A DNA stretch of 64,000 nucleotides from Patescibacteria group bacterium (GTDB lineage Bacteria > Patescibacteriota > UBA1384 > XYA2-FULL-43-10 > 1-14-0-10-43-13): NCBI GenBank assembly GCA_041649155.1, contig JBAZNP010000001.1:494564-558563 (forward strand), read 5' to 3'. The translations under genes were made by a program, and so were the position numbers. Of the stretch, positions 8,464 to 17,629 are shown piece by piece. The notes under the pieces were generated by a model. That model did no database searches. It was not told the DNA's origin and worked only from the letters and a program-made list of their open reading frames with translations. Position 1 is the first letter of the stretch. Every line of letters starts with the position of its first letter.

Positions 8464-8997
8464 ATGGAATATTTTGATATTCTTGACGAATCAGGTAGTC
8501 TCACAGGCAAACAAGCAACGCGCGAAGAGGCTCACGAAAAAGGTCTTTGGCATCGGGTTGCTCATATTTGGATAGTGAATTCTAAGGGAGAAGTCCTTAT
8601 TCAAAAGAGGTCACCTCAAAAAGATTCTTATCCAAATATGTGGTCAATGTCTTGTGAGGGGCATATTTCTGCTGGGCAAGAACCAATTCAAGGTGCTCTA
8701 CGCGAATTAAAAGAAGAATTGGACCTTGATTTAGAACAAAAACAACTTAGCTTGGCCTTTACTTATAAAAGAAGTGCGAGGCATTCCGATAGCTTTATTG
8801 GCAATCATTTTATTGACGTTTATGCAATCAAAAAAGATATTGATTTATCGGATCTTACAATTCAAGAAGAAGAAATATCGGAAGTTAAATGGATCAAAAT
8901 TGATGATTATGCTAACTCTGTAAAAAACAATGATCCAACTTTTCTAAACTATCCTGACGAGCTGAATAGGGTATTTGGAATATTGAAAAGCATTTAG
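8464..8997 (+). CDS. NUDIX hydrolase
   Basis: Nudix box GHISAGQEPIQGALRELKEELDL. Confidence 0.75.
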   Translation: MEYFDILDESGSLTGKQATREEAHEKGLWHRVAHIWIVNSKGEVLIQKRSPQKDSYPNMWSMSCEGHISAGQEPIQGALRELKEELDLDLEQKQLSLAFTYKRSARHSDSFIGNHFIDVYAIKKDIDLSDLTIQEEEISEVKWIKIDDYANSVKNNDPTFLNYPDELNRVFGILKSI

Positions 8998-9016
8998 GTT
9001 AATAGTATTAAATATA

Positions 9017-9048
9017 AGCTGTGTATACAACGGCTTTTTTTATTTGCT
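9017..9048 (+). terminator. putative rho-independent terminator after nudix gene
   Basis: Hairpin AGCTGT-gtatac-AACGGCT followed by TTTTTTT. Confidence 0.45.
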
Positions 9049-9106
9049 ATAATGTAATCAATGTGTTCTTAACTGAGGGGCATCCAATTTTTTTGGATGT
9101 GATAGA

Positions 9107-10357
9107 TTGTTTAAACTATTCAAAAATTCGACTAAGGATCATGCGATTGCTCTTGATATTGGAACTGAATTCGTAAAGGTTCTAGTTTATCGTATTGAGG
9201 GAGATAAAGCAGTTGTGGTCGGCAGCGGTCGGCAACACCAGAGTCTTTCTGATATGCAGGGTGGTCGTGTAACTGATATTTCCGGCGTTATCCGAAATTG
9301 TGAAATTGCTCTCGACAAAGCTTTTGAGGAAGCGGGAGTGACGCCGCGGCAATGTGTTATTGGAATTGCCGGTGAGCTTGTTAAAGGCACAACCACGACA
9401 GTTTATTATAAAAGAAAAGATCCTAAGGTCAGAATTGCAGTTAAGGAACTAAAAGAAATTATTGAACAGGTTCAGGCTAAGTCTTTTGAGAAAACCAGAT
9501 CAGAATTAGCTTGGGAAACGGGCCATTCTGAGATTGATGTTAAATTAGTTAATTCCGCGGTGGTTGATGTTAAGATTGACGGATATAAAGTTACAAATCC
9601 AGTAGGATTTCAGGGCAGGGACATTCAGGTGGGAATTTTCAATGCTTTTGCACCGATTGTTCATTTGGGAGCACTTCAGACTATTGCTGAAGGATTAAAC
9701 TTGGACTTGCTTGCAATTGCAGCCGAACCTTATGCAGTTGCCCAGTGTGTTGGTCTGGAGGATTCAGCAGAGTTTTCCTCTATATTTATCGATATTGGTG
9801 GCGGCACAACCGACATTGCAGTTGTGAGAAATGGCGGAGTTGAAGGTACGCGAATGTTTGCCATTGGCGGCAGATCGTTTACAAAATCAATTGCTGATAT
9901 GTTTGATCTGTCTTTCGCCGAAGCTGAAAAACTAAAACGCGATTATTCAACCGGAAAACTGGGAGAAAAAACCAAAACCCGTGAGAAAATTTCCCAAGCT
10001 TTGAAGAATGATTGCGAAGTCTGGCTTGCCGGTGTGCAAATTGCTTTAGAAGAATTCTCCAACGTTGATCTGCTGCCTTCTAAAATACTACTTTGCGGCG
10101 GCGGTTCGCTTTTACCTGACATTAAAGAATATTTAGAAAAAAAGTCATGGATAAAGGGCTTGCCTTTTGCTAAACAGCCAAAGGTTGATTTCATAAAGCC
10201 GTCGAGTGTGACTCATGTTAAAGATGAGACTGGCAAATTAACCGGATCGCAGGATGTGACTCCAATGGGGCTTGCTAATCTGGGAATTGATTTGGTTGGC
10301 GATCCGAGCATGGTTGACGGGATACTGGATAAGATTGTGGATGGAATTCGCTCGTAA
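9107..10357 (+). CDS. ftsA: actin-like ATPase, cell division protein FtsA-like
   Basis: N-terminal ALDIGTEFVKV, DIGGGTTDIAVV and a C-terminal LLCGGGS motif. TTG start inferred. Confidence 0.65.
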   Translation: MFKLFKNSTKDHAIALDIGTEFVKVLVYRIEGDKAVVVGSGRQHQSLSDMQGGRVTDISGVIRNCEIALDKAFEEAGVTPRQCVIGIAGELVKGTTTTVYYKRKDPKVRIAVKELKEIIEQVQAKSFEKTRSELAWETGHSEIDVKLVNSAVVDVKIDGYKVTNPVGFQGRDIQVGIFNAFAPIVHLGALQTIAEGLNLDLLAIAAEPYAVAQCVGLEDSAEFSSIFIDIGGGTTDIAVVRNGGVEGTRMFAIGGRSFTKSIADMFDLSFAEAEKLKRDYSTGKLGEKTKTREKISQALKNDCEVWLAGVQIALEEFSNVDLLPSKILLCGGGSLLPDIKEYLEKKSWIKGLPFAKQPKVDFIKPSSVTHVKDETGKLTGSQDVTPMGLANLGIDLVGDPSMVDGILDKIVDGIRS

Positions 10358-10379
10358 AGCGAATGATCAATTTTAAAAT

Positions 10380-10460
10380 GTCATTCCGACTCCCTGCGCT
10401 TTGTCGCAGGGGTGGAGAAATCTTATCAAAAGATTCCTCGACTGCGCTCGGGATGACAGC
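10380..10460 (+). repeat. palindromic element family 1 (GTCATTCCGAC...GCTCGGGATGAC), copy A
   Basis: 81 bp. Near-identical inverted copy at 12328-12408. Other copies listed below. Confidence 0.85.
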
Positions 10461-10519
10461 GTGTCGTTGCTTAAATTATAGGTTTAATTTTTTAAATCAA
10501 TATCTGTTATAATAATCTT

Positions 10520-12286
10520 ATGAATGAAATTATTTACTTAGAGCCATCAGAAGAAATTACTTCTGTAATTGACCGATTGAGAACCGTATCAGGAAATTCG
10601 GTTGCTTTTGTTATTCCGCGGGGCGCAACAATAGCTCAAAGTATTGTCAATTTAAAACTTCTGAAAAGAAGCGCAGCAGAGATGCAGAAAGAGATTTCAC
10701 TTGTGGCGACTGATAGGATTTCAAGAAATCTGGCTTCTCAAATTGGCCTAACGGTCTACTCGAAAGTCTCGGAAGCGGAAAAAGCTAAGCCTGTTGTTCC
10801 CGAAGCGAAAGTTGCGCAAAAAGATGAGCTTGATAGCGATAATGAAAATTCTCAGTTTAAAGTGAATAATTATTATCAGAATAAAAATAAAGAAGAGCCT
10901 GAAGAACCGGAAGAAGACGAAGAATTAAAAAGTGAAATCAAACAGATAGTCGAGGAACAGGATCAAGAAGAGGTTGGGGATACAGCAAAGCATGAGGTCC
11001 ATCATAATTCTTATAATGAGGAAGAAGATGATGAAGTTGAGATTAGAAAACGCCCAATCGTTGATAACGATCGCAACTATGAACCGCCAAAAGATAAAAA
11101 GATTATTCATCCAATGCCCAAGCCAAACGAAAAAAATTCTACTAACATAAAGGGATCAAGAAAAAAGATAATGATCTTTGTCTCTGTGTTTCTTCTGATT
11201 TCTCTAATTTCGTCTTATCTATTTTTACCTAGCGCTACAGCTAAAATACAAGTTAAAACTGAAGATTTTTCAACTGAAAAGGAAATTACGGTTGACCGTA
11301 GTGTAAAAGAGAAAAATACCAATAATCTAACTGTCTCAGGAAGTTTGCTTGAGCTGGAAAAAGAGAGTACAGAGCAATTTGATGCTACCGGTAAAAAAGA
11401 CATGGGAGAAAAGGCCACAGGAACATTAACTTTTAGTAATAATGCCGGCATTGATGATCAGATTGCTGCTGGTGCGATTGTAAAAAGTTCCGGTGGTGTG
11501 GAGTTTACTGTTGATCAGGCCGTGTCTGTACCAAAAGCATCATTAAATGCGGCAGGAGATAAGGTGGCCGGAAAATCATCCGGCAAAGTAACTGCCAAGA
11601 ACGCTGGCGAGAAGAGTAACCTGCCATCAACTTCCACTTATTCTGTGACTGGGAAAAACCTAATAACAGCATCAGGAGAAACTTCCGGAGGTGTCTCAAA
11701 AGAAGTTAAAATTGTAACAGAAGAGGATCTTACAAAGGCACAATTAGCTGTTAAAGAAATAATGTTAGATGCTGTTAAGAAAGATTTGGCCGATTTAGCC
11801 GATAAAGATAAGCTTTCTATTTTTGACAATGGTATTAGCAACGAGACGATCTCATTTAGCCCTTCTAAAAATATTAATGATGAAGCTGATAAATTTAGCT
11901 GCACGCTCAAATTGAAATTTTATGCGATCGGGTTTTCTAAAAAAGACCTGAATGATGTTTTGATTGCATCTTCAGAAAGTGGTCTTGGCGCTGATAAGAT
12001 GTTGATTGATCCAGAAGAAGCTGATATTACATATGACTTAATTGACAGCAGCAATGATAACGGAACTCTGAAGATTAAATCAAAATTAGTCGGCAAGTCC
12101 GGCCAGAAATTGGTTGAAGATACTATTAAAAATCAAATCAAAGGCAAGAGTGTAAATTCGGCTAAACAGATCATTCTGGGCAACAAAGATGTGGAGAAGG
12201 TGGATATAAGCGTTCGCTTTAGTCCGCTGAAGCGAATTCCACTCTTTGCTAAGAATATTAAGATAACTTTTGGGTTTGCAGAATAG
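10520..12286 (+). CDS. hypothetical bitopic membrane protein (acidic low-complexity linker, single TM, large extracytoplasmic domain)
   Basis: 588 aa. N-terminal globular segment, E/P-rich acidic stretch, TM IMIFVSVFLLISLISSYLFL. No recognisable family. Confidence 0.5.
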   Translation: MNEIIYLEPSEEITSVIDRLRTVSGNSVAFVIPRGATIAQSIVNLKLLKRSAAEMQKEISLVATDRISRNLASQIGLTVYSKVSEAEKAKPVVPEAKVAQKDELDSDNENSQFKVNNYYQNKNKEEPEEPEEDEELKSEIKQIVEEQDQEEVGDTAKHEVHHNSYNEEEDDEVEIRKRPIVDNDRNYEPPKDKKIIHPMPKPNEKNSTNIKGSRKKIMIFVSVFLLISLISSYLFLPSATAKIQVKTEDFSTEKEITVDRSVKEKNTNNLTVSGSLLELEKESTEQFDATGKKDMGEKATGTLTFSNNAGIDDQIAAGAIVKSSGGVEFTVDQAVSVPKASLNAAGDKVAGKSSGKVTAKNAGEKSNLPSTSTYSVTGKNLITASGETSGGVSKEVKIVTEEDLTKAQLAVKEIMLDAVKKDLADLADKDKLSIFDNGISNETISFSPSKNINDEADKFSCTLKLKFYAIGFSKKDLNDVLIASSESGLGADKMLIDPEEADITYDLIDSSNDNGTLKIKSKLVGKSGQKLVEDTIKNQIKGKSVNSAKQIILGNKDVEKVDISVRFSPLKRIPLFAKNIKITFGFAE

Positions 12287-12327
12287 AGACAATAAACTTT
12301 ATCAATAAATGTAATTGTTCATTCGCT

Positions 12328-12408
12328 CTGTCATCCCGAGCGAAGTCGAGGGATCTTTTGATAGGATTTCTCCACCCCTTCGACAAAGCTCAGGGAGTCG
12401 AAATGACA
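12328..12408 (-). repeat. palindromic element family 1, copy B (inverted relative to copy A)
   Basis: Its reverse complement matches 10380-10460 at about 90%. Confidence 0.85.
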
Positions 12409-12456
12409 ACAGGGTGAGCGCTTACTAATAAACAGATTGATACTTTAGATATTATT

Positions 12457-12879
12457 ATGATGTATTTAGGAATTGATTTTGGGAAGAAAAGAATTGGGTT
12501 GGCTTTGGGTCAATTGATTCCTAAGGGGGCAGGAGTAATTGACGGATTGAAAAGTCTGGAAGAAATTACTTCGACTATAAAAAATATTTGTCAAGAAAAT
12601 GAGGTTGATGAGATAGTCATCGGTTGGCCCAAAAAGCTGAGTGGGGATCCAGGCGATATTGCAGGGGATATAAAAATATTTTCCGAAAGTTTAAAAGAAA
12701 ATATTGGATTGCCAATTCGTTTTGAAGAAGAAGATCTAACCTCGGTTGAAGCGGAAGACATGATCAAGGAAAGCGGCAAGAGATTTAGCAGGGAAAGCGG
12801 CAAAACGGATGAGATTGCAGCTATACTCATACTTGAACGATATATTGATCATTTAAGCGAACCTAATAAGGAAAAGTGA
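12457..12879 (+). CDS. ruvX: Holliday junction resolvase-like RNase RuvX/YqgF
   Basis: YLGIDFGKKRIGLAL...IVIGWPKKLSGD pattern. 4-bp overlap with the downstream mltG, as in many bacteria. Confidence 0.85.
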   Translation: MMYLGIDFGKKRIGLALGQLIPKGAGVIDGLKSLEEITSTIKNICQENEVDEIVIGWPKKLSGDPGDIAGDIKIFSESLKENIGLPIRFEEEDLTSVEAEDMIKESGKRFSRESGKTDEIAAILILERYIDHLSEPNKEK

Positions 12880-13865
12880 TGAAGAAGACTATAAAAACTA
12901 TAATCACTTTGTTTTTAGTATTGTTGATTTTTTCAATTACCGGCTTTCTTTTCTATCTAAATTGGATCGTTCACACTCCTGTTGCTAAAGGAAGCAGCGA
13001 ATACAAGATTGTTGAGGTTAAAAAAGGCGAAGGCACTTTTCAAATTGCACAAAAATTGAAGAACAAAAATCTGGTTGCTTCTGACTGGGTTTTTTATTTA
13101 AATGCAAAGATTAAGTCAGGATCTCTTTCTGTCGGGTATTATAATCTGTCGCCAAGTATGACAATGCTTGATATTTATAACAAAATTTCTTCTGGGGACA
13201 CCAACATTGTGAAAGTCACTATTCCTGAAGGTTATCGCACAGAACAAATTGCACAAGTTCTAAATGAAAAAAGTGTGACAAATTATGAAAGTTTCATGGA
13301 AGCTGCTAAGAAATATGAAGGAAAGTTGTTTCCTGATACTTATTTTTTCCCAACCGGCATGTCAGATACTGATATTGTAAAAACAATGACCGATGATTTT
13401 TCCGAACGCACAAAAGATTTAAACGTTACAAATGAAGACCTTGTGATTGCTTCAATAGTTGAAAGGGAGACGATAAAAGATAATGAACGACCACTTATTG
13501 CCGGCGTTTATAAAAACAGGATAGTCAAGAGTATGAAACTGGAGGCTGACCCAACTGTCCAGTATGGGAAAGATAACTTGTCGGTCAAGTCTTTGTCTGG
13601 TGATGAACTTTTAAACTTCAAATTTTGGCAACCAATAACTTCTGCTGATTATAAAACAGTTGATTCTTCTTATAACACTTATTTAATATCCGGCCTTCCA
13701 CCGACGCCAATTTGCAATCCTGGCATCAAGAGCATTGAAGCAGCCATAAACTATGGGAAGCATAATTATATCTATTTCCTGCAGAACGGCGGCCAAATCT
13801 ACCCAAGCGAAACTCTTTCACAACATGACAAGTATAGACGAGACATTCTCGGGGCAAAGAACTAA
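12876..13865 (+). CDS. mltG: endolytic murein transglycosylase MltG (YceG family)
   Basis: N-terminal TM followed by a YceG-like domain (VTIPEGYRTEQIAQVL). Confidence 0.8.
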   Translation: MMKKTIKTIITLFLVLLIFSITGFLFYLNWIVHTPVAKGSSEYKIVEVKKGEGTFQIAQKLKNKNLVASDWVFYLNAKIKSGSLSVGYYNLSPSMTMLDIYNKISSGDTNIVKVTIPEGYRTEQIAQVLNEKSVTNYESFMEAAKKYEGKLFPDTYFFPTGMSDTDIVKTMTDDFSERTKDLNVTNEDLVIASIVERETIKDNERPLIAGVYKNRIVKSMKLEADPTVQYGKDNLSVKSLSGDELLNFKFWQPITSADYKTVDSSYNTYLISGLPPTPICNPGIKSIEAAINYGKHNYIYFLQNGGQIYPSETLSQHDKYRRDILGAKN

Positions 13866-13924
13866 AAGATTGGGCTAGTAATTTGATTTAGTTTGTATAT
13901 CGCTATCTTGGATACTTACTCTTA

Positions 13925-14021
13925 GCTTGACCGTTGGGATTTTTTGTGATGGACAATTAAGTCTAGATGTGTTATAAGTTTAATGGTGATTATTATTACT
14001 CAATGAGGGGGGGATTTGTGA
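13925..14021 (+). repeat. paralogous 5' leader (CTTGACCGTTGGGATTTTTT ... TTATAAGT ... GGGGGGATTTGTGAATG), copy 1
   Basis: Collinear similarity to the mreB leader at 14921-15007. Confidence 0.65.
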
Positions 14022-14861
14022 ATGTTGGAACAAAAAGCTATTGATTGCATCGTTTCTGAAGTTAGGCGAAAATTGGCCCTCCAGAAATCAGGAGAGCCGC
14101 AAACACGAACAACACAAACTGAATTTGCTACACTTTTGGATTTAAAAGCAAGAGAAGTTTGTCAGATTGTTAAAATTTGTCTTACAGAAAAGGAGCAACT
14201 GCAATGGCGGCGTCTTCCGTTGCAGCAGTGGCAGAGAGGGCCAAAGTTTTGGAAAATCATTGAATATGCTCGCTCATGTTTGGCGGAGGTCCGTCGAGGT
14301 AATCGATCATTTGTTCCCACTTTGAGATTTATCGGTAAGGAGTTCAATCTCTCTAGAGAGAGAGCCAGGCAAGTTCTTGCCGCCGGATTGACTGAGGTTG
14401 AGATTAGAGATTGGAAGAGATATAGCAGCAAGGGCCGTTCCAAGAAAGTAAAACAATTACGCGAGCAAAGCAAGGAAACCACAAACAAACAAAATGCGTC
14501 TAAGCGGCTGATTAGGTATTGTCGGTTTCTGATTCTACTTTTGAGAATTGGTAGGATCAAGAGGTTGCCTTCGATGCCGACAATCGCTAAGAAGTTAGAA
14601 ATTGGCCGTAGAGTCGGATGTTATCTCATGGAGAAGCTTTTAACTCTGGAAGAAAGGAGTTACTGGTCCAGATCGGTAACGATAAATCGGGTGTCTGCCT
14701 GTTTATCCGAAGAAGCGAAGCGGTTTCGTGACGGTGAAATTGATGTCTTGCCAGCAAAAAAAGACATTTGCGAGGAGTTTGGAGTATCTGGTTCGTATAT
14801 TTACTCCGTTGTTATTCCCAAGCTTTCCTCGGCGGACCAAAAAATTTGGAGAAGTTATTAA
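14022..14861 (+). CDS. hypothetical basic protein with three sigma-70-region-4-like HTH repeats
   Basis: Motifs FIGKEFNLSRERARQVL, PTIAKKLEIGRRVGCYL and ICEEFGVSGSYIYSVV. GC about 44%. Confidence 0.55.
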   Translation: MLEQKAIDCIVSEVRRKLALQKSGEPQTRTTQTEFATLLDLKAREVCQIVKICLTEKEQLQWRRLPLQQWQRGPKFWKIIEYARSCLAEVRRGNRSFVPTLRFIGKEFNLSRERARQVLAAGLTEVEIRDWKRYSSKGRSKKVKQLREQSKETTNKQNASKRLIRYCRFLILLLRIGRIKRLPSMPTIAKKLEIGRRVGCYLMEKLLTLEERSYWSRSVTINRVSACLSEEAKRFRDGEIDVLPAKKDICEEFGVSGSYIYSVVIPKLSSADQKIWRSY

Positions 14862-14920
14862 ACTGATGTAGAGTGAGCCGAAAGTTAGGCTCACTTCTTT
14901 TTTTGTTTGTAGAAGTTTCC

Positions 14921-15007
14921 TCCGTCTTGACCGTGGGGATTTTTTTATCTATGCTAAAAACAGTCGTCATTATAGTCAACGATGATTAATTCAGGGGTAT
15001 TTTTTGA
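14921..15007 (+). repeat. paralogous 5' leader copy 2 (mreB upstream; CTTGACCGTGGGGATTTTTTT-N-TATGCT)
   Basis: Contains a plausible -35 TTGACC and -10 TATGCT. Confidence 0.65.
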
Positions 15008-16060
15008 ATGAAAAATCCATTTAGCGCAATATTTAATAAGTTCTCACATGACATTGGCATTGACTTAGGTACTGCTAATACTTTGGTGTATGTTCGTGGT
15101 AGGGGGATCGCCATTGAAGAGCCTTCTGTTGTTGCGATCAATAAGCGAACTAAAGAAATCCTAGCCATCGGTCAGGAAGCAAAAAGAATGGTGGGGCGAA
15201 CTCCAGCCCATATCGTAGCGGTCAGGCCTCTGGTGGACGGGGTAATTTCTGATTTTGAAATAACCGAGCAGATGCTCAGATATTTTTTCGATCGGGTCCA
15301 TAAGGAAAAGTTTACTCTTCTTCCTCGTCCCCGAGTTGTGATCGGTATTCCTCATAGCGTTACTGAAGTTGAGAGAAGGGCGGTAGAGGAAGGGGCGATC
15401 AATGCCGGTGCCAGAGAAGTATTTCTTATCGAAGAACCAATTGCTGCCGCGATTGGTGCTCGTTTACCAATTCAGGACGCTTCCGGCAGCATGATCATCG
15501 ACATTGGCGGCGGCACAACAGAGGTGGCTGTAATGTCACTTGGCGGGGTTGTGGCTTCAAGATCGCTTCGAATTGCTGGAGATGAGATGAATGAAGATAT
15601 TATTCAATATGCAAGAGAAAAATTTAATCTGGTTTTGGGCGAAAGAACAGCCGAGGATATTAAAATCAAGATTGGTTCAGCTTGCGAGATGAAAGAGAAA
15701 CTGGAAACCCCGATGAGAGGAAGAAATCTTGTTACCGGTCTTCCTAAAGAAATCATTGTTAATGATGAGCAGATAAGGGAAGCAATTAAGAAATCTCTGA
15801 ATGCGATTATGGAAAGCATTCGGGTTACGATGGAAGAAACTCCACCTGAACTTTTGGCTGATATAATGGATAAGGGTATTGTTCTGGCTGGCGGCGGCGC
15901 TCTATTGCGCGGGTTGGATAAAAAAATATCTGAAGAGACAGAAACTCAGGTTCATATTGCAGATGATCCCTTAACTGCTGTGGTTAGGGGAACGGGAATA
16001 GTTCTGGAGGATTTGGATCTACTGTCCAATGTGCTTTTGCCGAAGGAATTTGGACGATAG
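15008..16060 (+). CDS. mreB: rod shape-determining protein MreB
   Basis: GIDLGTANTLVYV, DIGGGTTEVAV, LAGGGALLRGLD. Confidence 0.92.
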   Translation: MKNPFSAIFNKFSHDIGIDLGTANTLVYVRGRGIAIEEPSVVAINKRTKEILAIGQEAKRMVGRTPAHIVAVRPLVDGVISDFEITEQMLRYFFDRVHKEKFTLLPRPRVVIGIPHSVTEVERRAVEEGAINAGAREVFLIEEPIAAAIGARLPIQDASGSMIIDIGGGTTEVAVMSLGGVVASRSLRIAGDEMNEDIIQYAREKFNLVLGERTAEDIKIKIGSACEMKEKLETPMRGRNLVTGLPKEIIVNDEQIREAIKKSLNAIMESIRVTMEETPPELLADIMDKGIVLAGGGALLRGLDKKISEETETQVHIADDPLTAVVRGTGIVLEDLDLLSNVLLPKEFGR

Positions 16061-16163
16061 AAAAAGCTAAATGTTACTTTATTTACTTTATTGCTGCGGA
16101 ACTCGTTTTGCTCGAACAGTCCTCGCTAATAAAACCAACAAAATAACAGATAAATGCTGTGTT

Positions 16164-16252
16164 GTCATTCCCGCGAAGGCGGGAATCTAGAAACTATTAT
16201 ATGGATCCCAGGGCTTCACTCTCAAGCTGCACCGCCGAACCCGAGGATGACA
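16164..16252 (+). repeat. palindromic element family 1-related, copy F
   Basis: GTCATTCCCGCGAAGGCGGGAATC...CCGAGGATGACAG. Confidence 0.7.
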
Positions 16253-16259
16253 GAAGAGA

Positions 16260-17072
16260 ATGAGGTATCTGGCTCGAATAACAAATATCATCCTACTTAG
16301 TATGAAAAAGACAAAACTAATTTTAATTATCGTGGTTCTTTTAATTGTTTTAGTGGTTCCGTTCAAAAAAACCATTAATGTATTTTTAGTGAATAGTACG
16401 ACTGGCATTTCCAAAAGCTTCTCCAATGCGGGCAGAAAAACCAAAAGCGTGTTTTCTTTTGTTTCTGAAATATCCAGATTAAAAAAGCAGAATGCCGAAT
16501 TATCTGAAAAAATACTCTCTTTTGATGTCGATAGAAGCAAAATCTCCGAACTGGAGTATGAAAATTCCCTTCTCAAAAAAGAGCTCGGATATATGGAGGA
16601 GCACAAAGATTATTCTGTTATTCCATCAAGAATTATCGGAAGAGAGCCAACCAGTTTTCTTGACTATGTTATGATTGACAAGGGCTCAAAGGACGGAGTA
16701 ATTAAGGATGCGGCGGTGATATCGGGTGGGGCTTTGGTAGGTCAGATTAAAGAAGTATACGACAATCAATCAAAGGTAACTTTAATTACCAGCAAGGACT
16801 CAATTATTTTAGCCATGATACAAAAATGCCGATCAAAAGGAATATTGCGGGGAGGAATTTCCGGTCTTGTGCTTGAAGACATAACAAGAGAGGCGGAATA
16901 CCAACCTGGTGATTACATTGTAACTTCAGGTTTGGACGGCCAGATGAAAGAAGGAATTTTAATCGGCAAAGCAGGAAATTTGCAGTCGTCATCTTCTGAA
17001 TTATTTAAAAATATTTCTGTTGAGCCGGTTGCTGATTTGTCGAAGTTGGAATTAGTTTTTGTATTAAAATAA
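16260..17072 (+). CDS. mreC: rod shape-determining protein MreC
   Basis: N-terminal TM, coiled-coil LKKQNAELSEK..., C-terminal beta domain. Alternative start at 16302 (MKKTK). Confidence 0.8.
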   Translation: MRYLARITNIILLSMKKTKLILIIVVLLIVLVVPFKKTINVFLVNSTTGISKSFSNAGRKTKSVFSFVSEISRLKKQNAELSEKILSFDVDRSKISELEYENSLLKKELGYMEEHKDYSVIPSRIIGREPTSFLDYVMIDKGSKDGVIKDAAVISGGALVGQIKEVYDNQSKVTLITSKDSIILAMIQKCRSKGILRGGISGLVLEDITREAEYQPGDYIVTSGLDGQMKEGILIGKAGNLQSSSSELFKNISVEPVADLSKLELVFVLK

Positions 17073-17127
17073 AGATAGTGATTCCTTGTTATTTCATTGA
17101 AGAAGGGAATGATAAAAGACTATAAAA

Positions 17128-17628
17128 ATGAAATTTAATTTAACTAAAAGTTTATTTTTGGTTCTACTCGCCTTCATTTTGTCAATTTTAGACACATCTT
17201 TTTTTAGTTTTATCCCGATTTTAGGCGCGACTATAATTTCTTCATACATAACAATTATTAATTTTTCGATAACAGGCAAAACTAACGACTTTTTAATTTT
17301 TACAATCTCGGTTATTTTTTTCTTTTCAGCTTTTTCCTCTTTACCTGTTTGGATGATTGTTTTAACTTTTTTATTGATACCTTATTTAATTCATTATGTT
17401 AAAAATCATTTTTTCCCAGATCCATCAGCTCCATTCTCTATTGCATTTTTTATGGCTGGGACATTTTTATTTTCACTTATTTCACTTATCTACGGGAAAG
17501 AATGGAATATGACAGGAGTTATTTTAGTGTCCAGTTTTATTTTTGTTAATTCGTTGTTTGGAGTTTTTCTTTACTATATTTCCAGAAAGATTAAGAAAAA
17601 TTTTACCGGAAAGGATATTAACTTTTAA
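17128..17628 (+). CDS. mreD: rod shape-determining protein MreD-like membrane protein
   Basis: 166-aa polytopic ORF in the canonical mreBCD-mrdA position. Confidence 0.55.
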   Translation: MKFNLTKSLFLVLLAFILSILDTSFFSFIPILGATIISSYITIINFSITGKTNDFLIFTISVIFFFSAFSSLPVWMIVLTFLLIPYLIHYVKNHFFPDPSAPFSIAFFMAGTFLFSLISLIYGKEWNMTGVILVSSFIFVNSLFGVFLYYISRKIKKNFTGKDINF

Positions 17629-17629
17629 G

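Noticed and set aside
14162-14560. 132-aa minus-strand ORF inside the triple-HTH gene
   Set aside because: Antisense to an ORF that has an RBS and recognisable HTH motifs.
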